Positions 1 to 8,498 of a stretch of DNA of 64,000 nt are shown piece after piece (the first letter of the stretch is position 1; each line of letters opens with the position of its first letter). The notes below the pieces were generated by a model. It made no database searches and was not told the DNA's origin. It worked only from the letters and a program-made list of their open reading frames with translations. The DNA comes from an uncultured bacterium. Its GTDB lineage: Bacteria > Eisenbacteria > RBG-16-71-46. The stretch covers positions 13,938 through 77,937 of the forward strand of contig CAYSWZ010000073.1 of assembly GCA_964434945.1 (NCBI GenBank), read 5' to 3'. The position numbers and the translations under genes are program-made.

Positions 1-918
1 CACGCGTGTGCCGTCGTCCCGCTTCGCAGGGGCGGAGAACAGCGAATCGGGCAGGCCCGAGTTGACGGTGTAGTCGCTGAGCGCCATCGCGAAGTCGAAC
101 GACTGGCCGAACTTCGGGATCGGGATCGTCAGCTCGATGCGAACGAGCATGCGCGACATGACCCAGAAATCGCCCGCCTGCTCGCGCTCGACCACCATGT
201 GCCGGATGCTCTTGAGGAGGAGCGGCACCGGCGACTGCCGGAACTCCAGCTCCTGGCGCAGGATCACGAAGTCCTTGGTGTCCACCCACACGCGGCCCGA
301 GGGTTCGTACACGGCGAGCGCCGAGCGCGGCTCGAAGCGCAGCGTGTAGAGGAGGTGGTCGCCGAGCAGCTTCCGGTCCTCGATGCTGAAGCGGAAATTG
401 CGCCGATTCTCGGGACGGAACGCGAAGTTCACCATCTCCTCGCCCATGCCCGGCGAGAAGTCGGAGTCCACCGAGTCGTCGTCCGGGTGCTTCTTGTCCG
501 GGTACTTCTCGTAGTTCCGGAGGCGGACCGTGCGCACGCCGTCCGGCTTTCGCTTGTAGACCTTGGTCACGCTCTCGGCAAACAACTCCGGCGTGCCCTT
601 CCCCGCGGTGTTGCGCACGACGCGCAACGTGGCGGTGAACGACTGGTCGTGGAGCAGCGAATCCCGCCTCGCCTCACCGCGCGCCACCCGGTCGAGGATC
701 TCGTCGAGCGTCACCCGGGGCGCGCGCACCAGCACCTCGGAGACATCGGTGTGCATGGTGTCCTCCACCGCCACGGTCGGGCCGGGGGGGCGCGTCCCGG
801 GCTGGGGGGGAGCGGCGAACGCGGCCGGACCGGCGGCGAGGACCGCCGGGAGCAGCGCGCCGAAGGCTGCCACGACATGACGGCGGGCGCGTCGGGGATG
901 CCATTGCGTCAGGGTCAC
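1..918 (-). CDS. secreted protein, possibly LolA-like lipoprotein-sorting fold (3' end runs off the window)
   Basis: Minus-strand frame is open from the window edge up to GTG at 916-918; it is absent from the ORF track because no stop lies inside the window. N-terminus RRARRHVVAAFGALLPAVLAAGPAAFA looks like a signal peptide. The body has normal composition (KVYKRKPDGVRTVRLRNYEKYPDKK, GRVWVDTKDFVILRQE), unlike shadow ORF 199..1185. The fold assignment is a guess. Confidence 0.6.
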   Translation of the reverse strand, partial: MTLTQWHPRRARRHVVAAFGALLPAVLAAGPAAFAAPPQPGTRPPGPTVAVEDTMHTDVSEVLVRAPRVTLDEILDRVARGEARRDSLLHDQSFTATLRVVRNTAGKGTPELFAESVTKVYKRKPDGVRTVRLRNYEKYPDKKHPDDDSVDSDFSPGMGEEMVNFAFRPENRRNFRFSIEDRKLLGDHLLYTLRFEPRSALAVYEPSGRVWVDTKDFVILRQELEFRQSPVPLLLKSIRHMVVEREQAGDFWVMSRMLVRIELTIPIPKFGQSFDFAMALSDYTVNSGLPDSLFSAPAKRDDGTRV

Positions 919-1197
919 TTCGGGATCCCCAGGTCCGGGGCGGGAACGAGGCGGGGGACGCTAGCCGGGGTGAGGCGCACCCGCAACAGTAAGCGTCCGA
1001 ACGGCTACGATGGCCGGCCGGACCCGGGCCGCAAGGACGCCCGCGCTGCGTTTACGCACAGCCACTCTCAAGCGTTTCACGCTTTTGTGGCATTCGGCAC
1101 GTTGTGTGCGAATATTCTCCGTGGGGAGTCACCAGGACCACCCTGCCCGTGTGCCGCGCGGCCCCGCACCAGAACGCATGAATGAAGAGAGACAGCC

Positions 1198-2121
1198 ATG
1201 AAGTCTTCCACGATCCGCCTCGCCCTCGCCGCGCTCGCGATCCTCATGCTGGACGCGGCCGTCGCCTCCGCGGCCGTGAACTCGGACCCGTCGTCACCCG
1301 CCCCGACCGCAACGGGGGCGATGCAGTTGCTCACCGCCGGCCTCCCCGACGCGTTCGGGCTTGCAGCGCCGGAGGCGCCGTTGACGCTGGCGCTGGTCGA
1401 AACACCGGGATCCCTGCTTCGGCCGGGCTCCGCCGTCCCGGTCGAGTTCGCGGGCGTGCGCTATGAGAAGCTGCCCGACAGCTGGATCTACAAGAAGCCC
1501 AAGCCGGCGAGCAAGCCGGATACCTCGTCGTCACAGCGCCGGCAGGGACCGGTGGGCATGAGCCAGATCCACGTCGGCTTCTTCGATCCCGACAATCAGC
1601 TCGGTTCGCGCACCCAGGTCGGCATTCGCGGCGGCCCGATGCTCACGCGGAATCTGCAACTCGGCCTGTCCGTGGACTGGATCCACAAGACCACCCACCT
1701 CTCCAACCTTGATTCGACCGCTGCCGGTCCGGGCGGCGTTCCGGTCAAGATCCGGCAGGATGTCGGGAGCACGTCGATGAACATGTTCCCGATCCTCGGG
1801 TTCCTCCAGGTCTCCGCTCCCGACAACCTCGGCATCGTGCCGTACATCGGCGGCGGTGGAGGCTACCAGGTGATGGTTCTGTCGGCGGACGACTTCGTCA
1901 ACATCCAGCATTCGCAGACCACGCTCGCCGGCTGGGGCTGGCAGGCGTGGGCCGGAGTTGGAATCTCCGTCGGCGGCCATGTTCGACTGATCGGCGAGGC
2001 GTACAAGAGCGATTTCGAGCTGAGCCGCGAGGTGACCGACCAGGCGAGCAGCCTGCCGATCCGGGAATCCGTGAACGCGAACGGCGTGGGCGCGCGCTTC
2101 GGCCTGTCGTGGGGGTTCTAG
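1198..2121 (+). CDS. outer-membrane beta-barrel protein
   Basis: 307-aa ORF. Signal peptide MKSSTIRLALAALAILMLDAAVASA, amphipathic beta-strand pattern, C-terminus GARFGLSWGF ending in Phe. Purine-rich stretch GAAGAGAGA lies just upstream of the ATG. Confidence 0.75.
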   Translation: MKSSTIRLALAALAILMLDAAVASAAVNSDPSSPAPTATGAMQLLTAGLPDAFGLAAPEAPLTLALVETPGSLLRPGSAVPVEFAGVRYEKLPDSWIYKKPKPASKPDTSSSQRRQGPVGMSQIHVGFFDPDNQLGSRTQVGIRGGPMLTRNLQLGLSVDWIHKTTHLSNLDSTAAGPGGVPVKIRQDVGSTSMNMFPILGFLQVSAPDNLGIVPYIGGGGGYQVMVLSADDFVNIQHSQTTLAGWGWQAWAGVGISVGGHVRLIGEAYKSDFELSREVTDQASSLPIRESVNANGVGARFGLSWGF

Positions 2122-2193
2122 CCTCCCGCCGCACCCTGTAGCCGGGGACGGCGGCGCTGGCAGGCACCGGGAGCCTCCGCTACGCTCGGCTCC

Positions 2194-3054
2194 ATGCCCC
2201 GCCGCTCCCCTCGATCGCGCCGGAAGAGCAAGCCCGCGAGCAAGCTCCCGCAGACGCCGCGGGTGCGCTCGGCTCCCGGGAAGTCGCGCCCGGCGGGCCA
2301 GCGCGCCAAACACGCCACGCAGGGAGCGCGCGGCACGGCGGTCGGCCGCGGGAAACCCGTGCGACGGAAGAGCGCGCTCGCCCCGCACGCCACGAAGCGC
2401 AAGCGCTTCCTGACGCCCGACCCGGTCCGCGTGAACGCCCTCCTCGAGCAGCTGCGGGAGCTCTACCCGGACGCCCGCTGCGCACTCGACTTCCGCACTC
2501 CGCTCCAGCTCCTCGTAGCCACCATCCTGAGCGCGCAGTGCACCGACGCGCGCGTCAACAAGGTGACGCCGGCGCTGTTCGCGGCCTACCCGGACGCCGC
2601 CGCCTTCGCGGCCGCCCGGTCCGCCGATCTCGAGGAGGCGATCCATTCGACGGGCTTCTTCCGCAGCAAGGCGAAGGCGATTCGCGAAGCCTGCGCCGAC
2701 ATCGTCTCGAAGCATGGCGGGGAGGTGCCGCGCACGCTCGAAGAGCTGACCGCGCTGCGCGGCGTGGGCCGCAAGACCGCGAACGTCGTCCTCGGGAACG
2801 CCTACGGTATCCCGGGCCTCGTCGTGGACACGCACGTCACGCGACTCGCAAGTCGGCTCGGGCTCACGAACGAGGTGGACGCGGTGAAGATCGAGTTCGC
2901 ACTCATGCCGCTCGTGCCCCGCGAATCGTGGACGCTGTTCTCCCACTGGCTGATCCAGCACGGGCGCGCGGTGTGTCACGCGCGCAAGCCCCTGTGCAGC
3001 GCCTGCCCGCTGGCGCCCCACTGCCCCCGCCTGGGCGTGAGCGTCTCGGCGTGA
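2194..3054 (+). CDS. nth: endonuclease III (DNA glycosylase/AP lyase)
   Basis: HhH-GPD core LVATILSAQCTD...LTALRGVGRKTANVVLGNAYG...VVDTHVTRL and a C-terminal 4Fe-4S cluster motif CHARKPLCSACPLAPHC. The first ~70 aa are a basic low-complexity extension, so the true start may be later. Confidence 0.9.
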   Translation: MPRRSPRSRRKSKPASKLPQTPRVRSAPGKSRPAGQRAKHATQGARGTAVGRGKPVRRKSALAPHATKRKRFLTPDPVRVNALLEQLRELYPDARCALDFRTPLQLLVATILSAQCTDARVNKVTPALFAAYPDAAAFAAARSADLEEAIHSTGFFRSKAKAIREACADIVSKHGGEVPRTLEELTALRGVGRKTANVVLGNAYGIPGLVVDTHVTRLASRLGLTNEVDAVKIEFALMPLVPRESWTLFSHWLIQHGRAVCHARKPLCSACPLAPHCPRLGVSVSA

Positions 3055-5477
3055 ACCTGCGGCGCGCCGCCGCGTGCGCGGCGCTGGTCGTGTTCCTGTG
3101 CAACGGCCGGGCGTACGCCTCCGCGCTCACGCCGGCCCAGCCGCTGGTCCTCTACGGCGACGAGAGCGTCGCGAGCACGGACGATGCACGCGCGTACCTG
3201 GTGAATCCCGCGGCCATCGGCCAGCGCTACCCGGGCGAACTGCTCCTGGCGTGGGCGCGGCGCGACGAGAAGCACGAGTGGAACACCGGCGTGGGCACGT
3301 GGCGGCGGCTGGCGTTCGGGTTCACGCGGCAGCGCGACACGTCCCAGACCTACGGCATCGGCTTTTCCGCCGGCAGCCCGCGCGTCCGCTTCGGCTGGTC
3401 CGGCTACCTGCTGGTTGCGGGCCAGCCGCAGCGCGAACGCGACCTCGACGATCGCGTCGGCATGCTCGTCCGGCCGGCGCCGTGGGGCAGCGCCGGATTC
3501 ACCGTCGCGCACCTGTTCGAGCCGGAGTTCCGCGGGCGGCGGTTGTCGCGCGAGTACACGATCGGGGCGGGGCTGCGGCCCCTCGCCTGGTGGCGCGAGC
3601 AGGCGGGCGATGCCGGCACGCGCTTCACGCTGAGCGCCGACGTGACGATGGTGGACGACGGTGACTGGGGGCAGTCGCGCGTGCGCGTCACCGGCACGCT
3701 CGAGGTGCTCCGCGGCCTCGAGTTGCGGGCGACCGCCGGGGACCACCGTTCGCTCGCATTCGGGGTGACGGTGCGCGGCGTGCGTGCCAGCGCCAGCGCC
3801 GCACAGGCACGAGTCGACGGGGACCGTGCCTACGAGAGCTACGCGATTTCGTCGCACGCGGGCGAGGACCGCGCGCTCGTGGTCCCGAGCTCGAGCCGGC
3901 GCGTCGCGCTCGTGCGCATAGGCGGTGCGCTGGCGGACGAGGCGCTGGGGGGCGGGCTCCTGGGCGGAGGAGGCGCGCGGCCGTCCGCCCCGCTCCAGCA
4001 GCAGCTCGAGCGTGCGCTCCGCGACCCGCTCACGCGCGGCGTCTTCCTGGAGCTCGACGGCGTCACCGGCATGGCACAGCTCGAGGAGTTGCGGCCGCGC
4101 CTCGTCCAGTTGAAGAACGCGGGCAAGCCGGTCGTGGCCTGGATGCAGTACGGCGGCGGTCGTGGCGACCTCTACCTGGCGAGCGCCGCGTCGAAGGCGT
4201 ACGTGTCGCCGGCGGCCGAGTTCCGGGGGCTGGGACTGCGCGCCGAGCGCCGCTATTACAAGCACGCGCTCGCGAATCTCGGCATCAAGGTGGACCGCGT
4301 CAGCGTGGGCGATTTCAAGAGCGCGTACCGGAATCTGAGCGTGGATTCCACCCCGCCGGCCGACACCGCGGTCATCCAGCGCCTGCTCACGCAGCGCCAG
4401 GAGCTGTTCGTGCACGCGGTGGCGAGCGGCCGCAGCGTCGCGCCGGAACGGCTGCTGCCGGTGCTCGACGGACGCGACTACGAGGGCCGGGCGCTGGCGC
4501 GAGCCGGGCTCATCGACTCCGTGGGCTGGCGCGAGGACGCGCTCGCGGAGCTGGGACGGCTCACCGCGCTCGGGCGGAAGCCGCGCACGGTGGACCTGCT
4601 CCGCGCGCCGGAGGCGCGCGTGCGCTGGAACGAGCCGGCGCGGATCGCGGTGGTGTACGCGGGCGGCGCGATCGTGGACGGCAAGAGCGGCAACGACCCG
4701 CTGGACGGCGGCGTGATGGGCGACCAGACGATCACCGCCCAGCTCGAGCGCGCGTTCCACACCCGGGGTGTGAAGGCGATCGTGCTGCGCGTGGAGAGCC
4801 CGGGCGGCTCCGCGGGCGCCTCCTACCTCATGGACCACGCGGTCGAACGACTGCGGCGCGAGACGGGCAAGCCGGTGGTGGTGTCGATGGGCTCGGTCGC
4901 CGCGAGTGGCGGCTACTTCATGGCGGTGCACGCGAACAGGATCTACGCCGACCGGAACACGGTGACGGGCTCGATCGGGGTGTTGTTCCTGAAGCCGTCG
5001 TTCGAGGGCATGTACGCCAAGCTGGGTGTGCACGAGGACGACTTCGACCGCGGCGACTACATGCGCGCGCTGTCCCCCGCCCGGGATTGGCGGCCGCGCG
5101 ACCAGGCGGCGGCGGACAGCGCCATCAAGCGCCTCTACCGCACGTTCGTGGACCGCGTGAGCAGCGGGCGCAATCTCGAGCACATCGAGGTCCAGAGCCG
5201 CGCGCAGGGCATTCCCTGGCTCGGCGACGAGGCGGCCGACTACCGGTTGATCGACGGGATCGGTGGGCTCGACGCGGCGATCTCCGAAGCCCGCCGACTG
5301 GGCGGCATCCCGGCAAACGAGAAGATCTCGCTCCTCGAGTTCCATCACCCGCGCGGGTCACTGTTCGAACGCGTGGTGGGCTCGTGGCTCCAGGGCTACG
5401 CGGCGGACCAGCTCCACGTTCACGACGTGACGCTCGCGCAGGCGAGGGCCGAAGACTGGGTCGACGAGCTGGAGTGA
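3051..5477 (+). CDS. sppA: signal peptide peptidase SppA, 67K type, with an extra N-terminal domain
   Basis: GTG at 3051 overlaps the nth stop (GTGA). Signal-like VNLRRAAACAALVVFLCNGRAYA. Two S49 repeats: GKPVVAWMQYGGGRGDLYLASAA, and IVLRVESPGGSAGAS...VVVSMGSVAASGGYFMA with the catalytic Ser context. The upstream part of track ORF 2538..5477 is a shadow of nth. Confidence 0.85.
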   Translation: MNLRRAAACAALVVFLCNGRAYASALTPAQPLVLYGDESVASTDDARAYLVNPAAIGQRYPGELLLAWARRDEKHEWNTGVGTWRRLAFGFTRQRDTSQTYGIGFSAGSPRVRFGWSGYLLVAGQPQRERDLDDRVGMLVRPAPWGSAGFTVAHLFEPEFRGRRLSREYTIGAGLRPLAWWREQAGDAGTRFTLSADVTMVDDGDWGQSRVRVTGTLEVLRGLELRATAGDHRSLAFGVTVRGVRASASAAQARVDGDRAYESYAISSHAGEDRALVVPSSSRRVALVRIGGALADEALGGGLLGGGGARPSAPLQQQLERALRDPLTRGVFLELDGVTGMAQLEELRPRLVQLKNAGKPVVAWMQYGGGRGDLYLASAASKAYVSPAAEFRGLGLRAERRYYKHALANLGIKVDRVSVGDFKSAYRNLSVDSTPPADTAVIQRLLTQRQELFVHAVASGRSVAPERLLPVLDGRDYEGRALARAGLIDSVGWREDALAELGRLTALGRKPRTVDLLRAPEARVRWNEPARIAVVYAGGAIVDGKSGNDPLDGGVMGDQTITAQLERAFHTRGVKAIVLRVESPGGSAGASYLMDHAVERLRRETGKPVVVSMGSVAASGGYFMAVHANRIYADRNTVTGSIGVLFLKPSFEGMYAKLGVHEDDFDRGDYMRALSPARDWRPRDQAAADSAIKRLYRTFVDRVSSGRNLEHIEVQSRAQGIPWLGDEAADYRLIDGIGGLDAAISEARRLGGIPANEKISLLEFHHPRGSLFERVVGSWLQGYAADQLHVHDVTLAQARAEDWVDELE

Positions 5478-5520
5478 CGACTCGCTCGCTCGTTCGCCAA
5501 CGGGTTCGCAACGTCCGGGT

Positions 5521-5680
5521 CGCGCCGGCGGGGTGCGGGGCATGCTGAATACGGGCAACGCTCGGTCCGGCCATCCATGGCCGGCCCTCCCTGACGCGCG
5601 TTTAACGGCCTCCGCCATTCCATAGCTCCGGCCTACGCGCGACTGCCCGCATTCAGCACGCCCCGCACCCCACCGGCGCG
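5521..5680 (+). repeat. composite palindromic intergenic element, copy A (36-nt inverted arms plus 88-nt conserved core)
   Basis: Arms 5521-5556 and 5645-5680 pair at 33/36 positions. Core 5557-5644 (AACGCTCGGTCCGG...ACGCGCGACT) recurs at 37283-37368 and, reverse-complemented, at 48587-48674. Confidence 0.85.
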
Positions 5681-5712
5681 CCGATAGTTGTCACCCTCGC
5701 CGAACGGCTCGC

Positions 5713-6450
5713 TCAGTGCGCGAGTAGCTCGTTGCGGAGGCGGGTGGACCAGGGGCTTGCGGGGTCGATGGCGAGGTAGCGCTGGGCGAGGGCGAGGGCT
5801 TCGGGGCGGCGGGCGACCTCGGCGAGGAGTTGGGCGCGGTTGTAGAGCGCGGGCAGGTATTCGGGGTCCGTGGCGTCCACGGCGGCGAACTGGGCGATGG
5901 CCCGCAGCATGAGCTCGCGACGCTGCCAGGTGTCGGTCGTGCGCTCGGCATCGAGCGCGAGCGCCACGCCCCAGCCGAGGCGGCCCTCCCCGTAGTGCGG
6001 GGCGCGCTCGCAGGCCTCGCGATAGTGGCTCGCGGCGCTGGCGTAATCGTGGCGGACGAGCGCCAGCGCGCCGAGCGCAGCACGCACGCGCGGCTCACGC
6101 GGGTGGCGGCGCGTCCAGTGGCGAAGCGCCAGCTCGGCGGCCTGGGCGCGCGCGAGCTCGGCATGATCGCTGGTGCGCCCCGCGGGCTCGCCCCCCAGCG
6201 CCGCGGCGCGGAATCGGAGGCCGGCGGTGACCACGCCGAGCGAAGCATCGGGGAGCCCGATCGAGGCGAGCAGCGCGGGATCGTCGGGAAGCCCCGCCGG
6301 ATGCGCGGGCCGGAACCACAGCGAGACGCCGGCGAGCGACAGCAGGAGCGCCAGGATCCCGAGGAACACCATGGCCGGGAGCGCGGGCCAGCGCAGGCGT
6401 CGTTCGAACTCGACCACGTGCGGCGACGGGCTGGGGGACACGGGGAGCAT
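5713..6450 (-). CDS. membrane-anchored TPR-like repeat protein
   Basis: 245-aa ORF with one N-terminal TM helix (PAMVFLGILALLLSLAGVSLWF), followed by helical repeats rich in A/L/R/Y (ASHYREACERAPHYGEGRLGWGVALA, YNRAQLLAEVARRPEALALAQRYLAIDP). Confidence 0.6.
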   Translation of the reverse strand: MLPVSPSPSPHVVEFERRLRWPALPAMVFLGILALLLSLAGVSLWFRPAHPAGLPDDPALLASIGLPDASLGVVTAGLRFRAAALGGEPAGRTSDHAELARAQAAELALRHWTRRHPREPRVRAALGALALVRHDYASAASHYREACERAPHYGEGRLGWGVALALDAERTTDTWQRRELMLRAIAQFAAVDATDPEYLPALYNRAQLLAEVARRPEALALAQRYLAIDPASPWSTRLRNELLAH

Positions 6451-6612
6451 GCGGCCAGAGTAGGGGCCGGGGCCGGGCCCGGCAACGGCCGCTTGACGCG
6501 CCTGCTAGGCTCGCGGGTGGCGCGAGGCAATGGTGCCCGTGCCGTGGTGGCGCCGGAAGGCCCACCGGAACCCCGCCGGGAGCGGATCGCCCCAGGCGAG
6601 AGGAGAAGCATC

Positions 6613-7056
6613 ATGTGCCACGGAACCCGTGAGCATGCGGGTTGCGGCTGCGAGCCGCATGCCCGCCACGAAAACACCCCCCATCACCACTATTGGGCCG
6701 GGGACGATTTCGCCGGCGGTTTCGGAATCCGCCGTCCGCTGCGTTTCCTGGCCTGGAAACTGGGGCTTTCCGAGCCGCAACTCGCCCGGTTCGCGGCCGT
6801 CATCAATGAACTCAAGACCGAGCGGGCGCAAGCCGCGGTGGACGACCGCCGCGCACTCACGCTGCTCGCCGACGCGGTGACGGCCGACGAGTTCGACACG
6901 GCCAGGGCGGGCGAGGCGGCGAAGCTGCGCGTCGACGGCGCGCACCGGCTGCAGCAGCGGGTGGCCGATTCCCTGGCGCAGATGCACGCGGTGCTCGATC
7001 CCGAGCAGCGCGCGCGGCTCGCCTACCTGCTCCGGACGGGGACGCTGGTCATGTGA
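6613..7056 (+). CDS. Spy/CpxP/ZraP-like periplasmic stress protein with Cys/His-rich N-terminus
   Basis: AGGAGA at 6601-6606 sits 6 nt before the ATG. N-terminus MCHGTREHAGCGCEPHARHENTPHHHY. LTXXQ-like motif LGLSEPQLARF and an all-helical remainder. The upstream part of track ORF 5830..7056 is rejected. Confidence 0.6.
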   Translation: MCHGTREHAGCGCEPHARHENTPHHHYWAGDDFAGGFGIRRPLRFLAWKLGLSEPQLARFAAVINELKTERAQAAVDDRRALTLLADAVTADEFDTARAGEAAKLRVDGAHRLQQRVADSLAQMHAVLDPEQRARLAYLLRTGTLVM

Positions 7057-7068
7057 GTTCGACACGGG

Positions 7069-7092
7069 GGCCGGGGCCCGCGGGCCCCGGCC
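7069..7092 (+). terminator. GC-rich hairpin downstream of the Spy-like gene
   Basis: GGCCGGGGCCC-GC-GGGCCCCGGCC palindrome 13 nt after the stop at 7056. It is followed only by TTCGG, so there is no clear U-tract and the terminator role is tentative. Confidence 0.4.
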
Positions 7093-7250
7093 TTCGGCCG
7101 GTCGCGACCTCGCCGCTCGAAGCGCGGCGACATTTCTCCCGCCGGGCATTGCCCGTCCCCGTTCAGCGCTGTAGGTTCCAGCGGATTCACGCGTCCGCAG
7201 CAGTCCGGGAGACCCGGTAGCCCACCATTCGCCGATAGGGACATCTTCGC

Positions 7251-8498
7251 ATGGCGCTCGCCCGCTTCCTGCAGATCTCCGACCTGCACCTGGGCCGCCC
7301 GTTCGCATGGCTGCCCCCGGAGCGGCGTGACCTGCGCCGGCGCGACCAGCACTCCGCGCTCGAGCAGATCGTCAAGCATGCGATCGAGCGCGACGTGCAC
7401 GCCATCCTGGTGCCTGGCGACCTGTTCGACGGCGTGCCGGTGGACACCGGTTCGCTCACGTTCGCCGTGCGCGCGTTCTCCGTTCCGGGTTGCCCGCCGG
7501 TGTTCATCGCGCCCGGCAACCACGACCCCGCGTCCACCGACAACGCGGCGTGGAACACGCGGCTGCAGCAGGCGCGCGGCACGCACTGGCCGTCGCACGT
7601 GCACGTGTTCGACTCCCCGCGCTGGAGCGCGGTCCCGCTCGGCACGCTACCGGGCGTGCGCATCTGGGGGCGCGCATTCCTGACCAGTTCCGGCACCATG
7701 GATCGACCGCTCGCGAAGGCTGCGCTCGAAGGGGTCATCGTGAGCGAGCCCGGGACGCTCGACGTGGCGGTGTTCCACGGATCCCGGGAGGGGCGCTGTC
7801 CCCCGGCCCAGAAGATCACCGCGCCGTTCAGCGACGCGGAAGTCACCGCGTCGCCGTTCGTCTATCACGCCGTCGGCCACTACCACCTGCGCTCCGAGAT
7901 CGAGCAGCGACCGGGGGGAGGCACCCCGTCGCACGGGGTTCGGCTGGCCTACGCGGGCTCGCCGGTCGCGCTCGACTACACCGAACCGGGCGACCACGGC
8001 GCACTCGAGGTGCTCGCGCGTTTCGACGACCACGAATGCGTGGTCGGCGTGGAGTCCATCAAGCTCGATCGCCGCCGCGTGATCTCGGCCCAGGCCGATG
8101 TCACCGGCTGCGCGAGCCCCGAGCAGGTCGACCGCCGCATCCTGCACGCCTACGCTGCGGCGGGCGTCTCGGAGCACGATTTCGTCAAGCTCACGGTCAT
8201 CGGCCGGCTCATGCCGGGTGTGCGCTGGCTGTCGCCGGGTCGCGACGTGTTCGCGCGTTCGTTCAACGTCCGCTGGGATCGGAGCGCAGTGCGTCCCGAT
8301 CACGACCTCGACGTCCTGCGGAAGAGCGAGGGACGCACCACGGAGGAGCGTTTCGCGCTCGAGATGCTGCGGCAGATCGACGCCGAGTCGGACTCCGAGC
8401 AGCGGGTCGCGCTGCAGCGCGCGCTCTACTACGGCCTCGACGCCTTCCGCGTGCGCGAGGTGGTGCCGCAGTGGGAAGAGGTGGAGGTCTCGGAATGA
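7251..8498 (+). CDS. SbcD/YhaO-like metallophosphoesterase (DNA repair exonuclease subunit)
   Basis: Calcineurin-like motifs ISDLHLG, VPGDLFD and IAPGNHD at the N-terminus. The stop overlaps the start of the following ATPase (ATGA at 8495-8498). Confidence 0.85.
   Translation: MALARFLQISDLHLGRPFAWLPPERRDLRRRDQHSALEQIVKHAIERDVHAILVPGDLFDGVPVDTGSLTFAVRAFSVPGCPPVFIAPGNHDPASTDNAAWNTRLQQARGTHWPSHVHVFDSPRWSAVPLGTLPGVRIWGRAFLTSSGTMDRPLAKAALEGVIVSEPGTLDVAVFHGSREGRCPPAQKITAPFSDAEVTASPFVYHAVGHYHLRSEIEQRPGGGTPSHGVRLAYAGSPVALDYTEPGDHGALEVLARFDDHECVVGVESIKLDRRRVISAQADVTGCASPEQVDRRILHAYAAAGVSEHDFVKLTVIGRLMPGVRWLSPGRDVFARSFNVRWDRSAVRPDHDLDVLRKSEGRTTEERFALEMLRQIDAESDSEQRVALQRALYYGLDAFRVREVVPQWEEVEVSE

Noticed and set aside
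2194-2400. The basic, low-complexity 70-aa N-terminal extension of endonuclease III, considered as a separate feature or a mis-called start.
   Set aside because: No alternative ATG exists before the conserved core, and only a GTG near 2432 could serve. This cannot be decided from sequence alone, so the full ORF is reported with a caveat.
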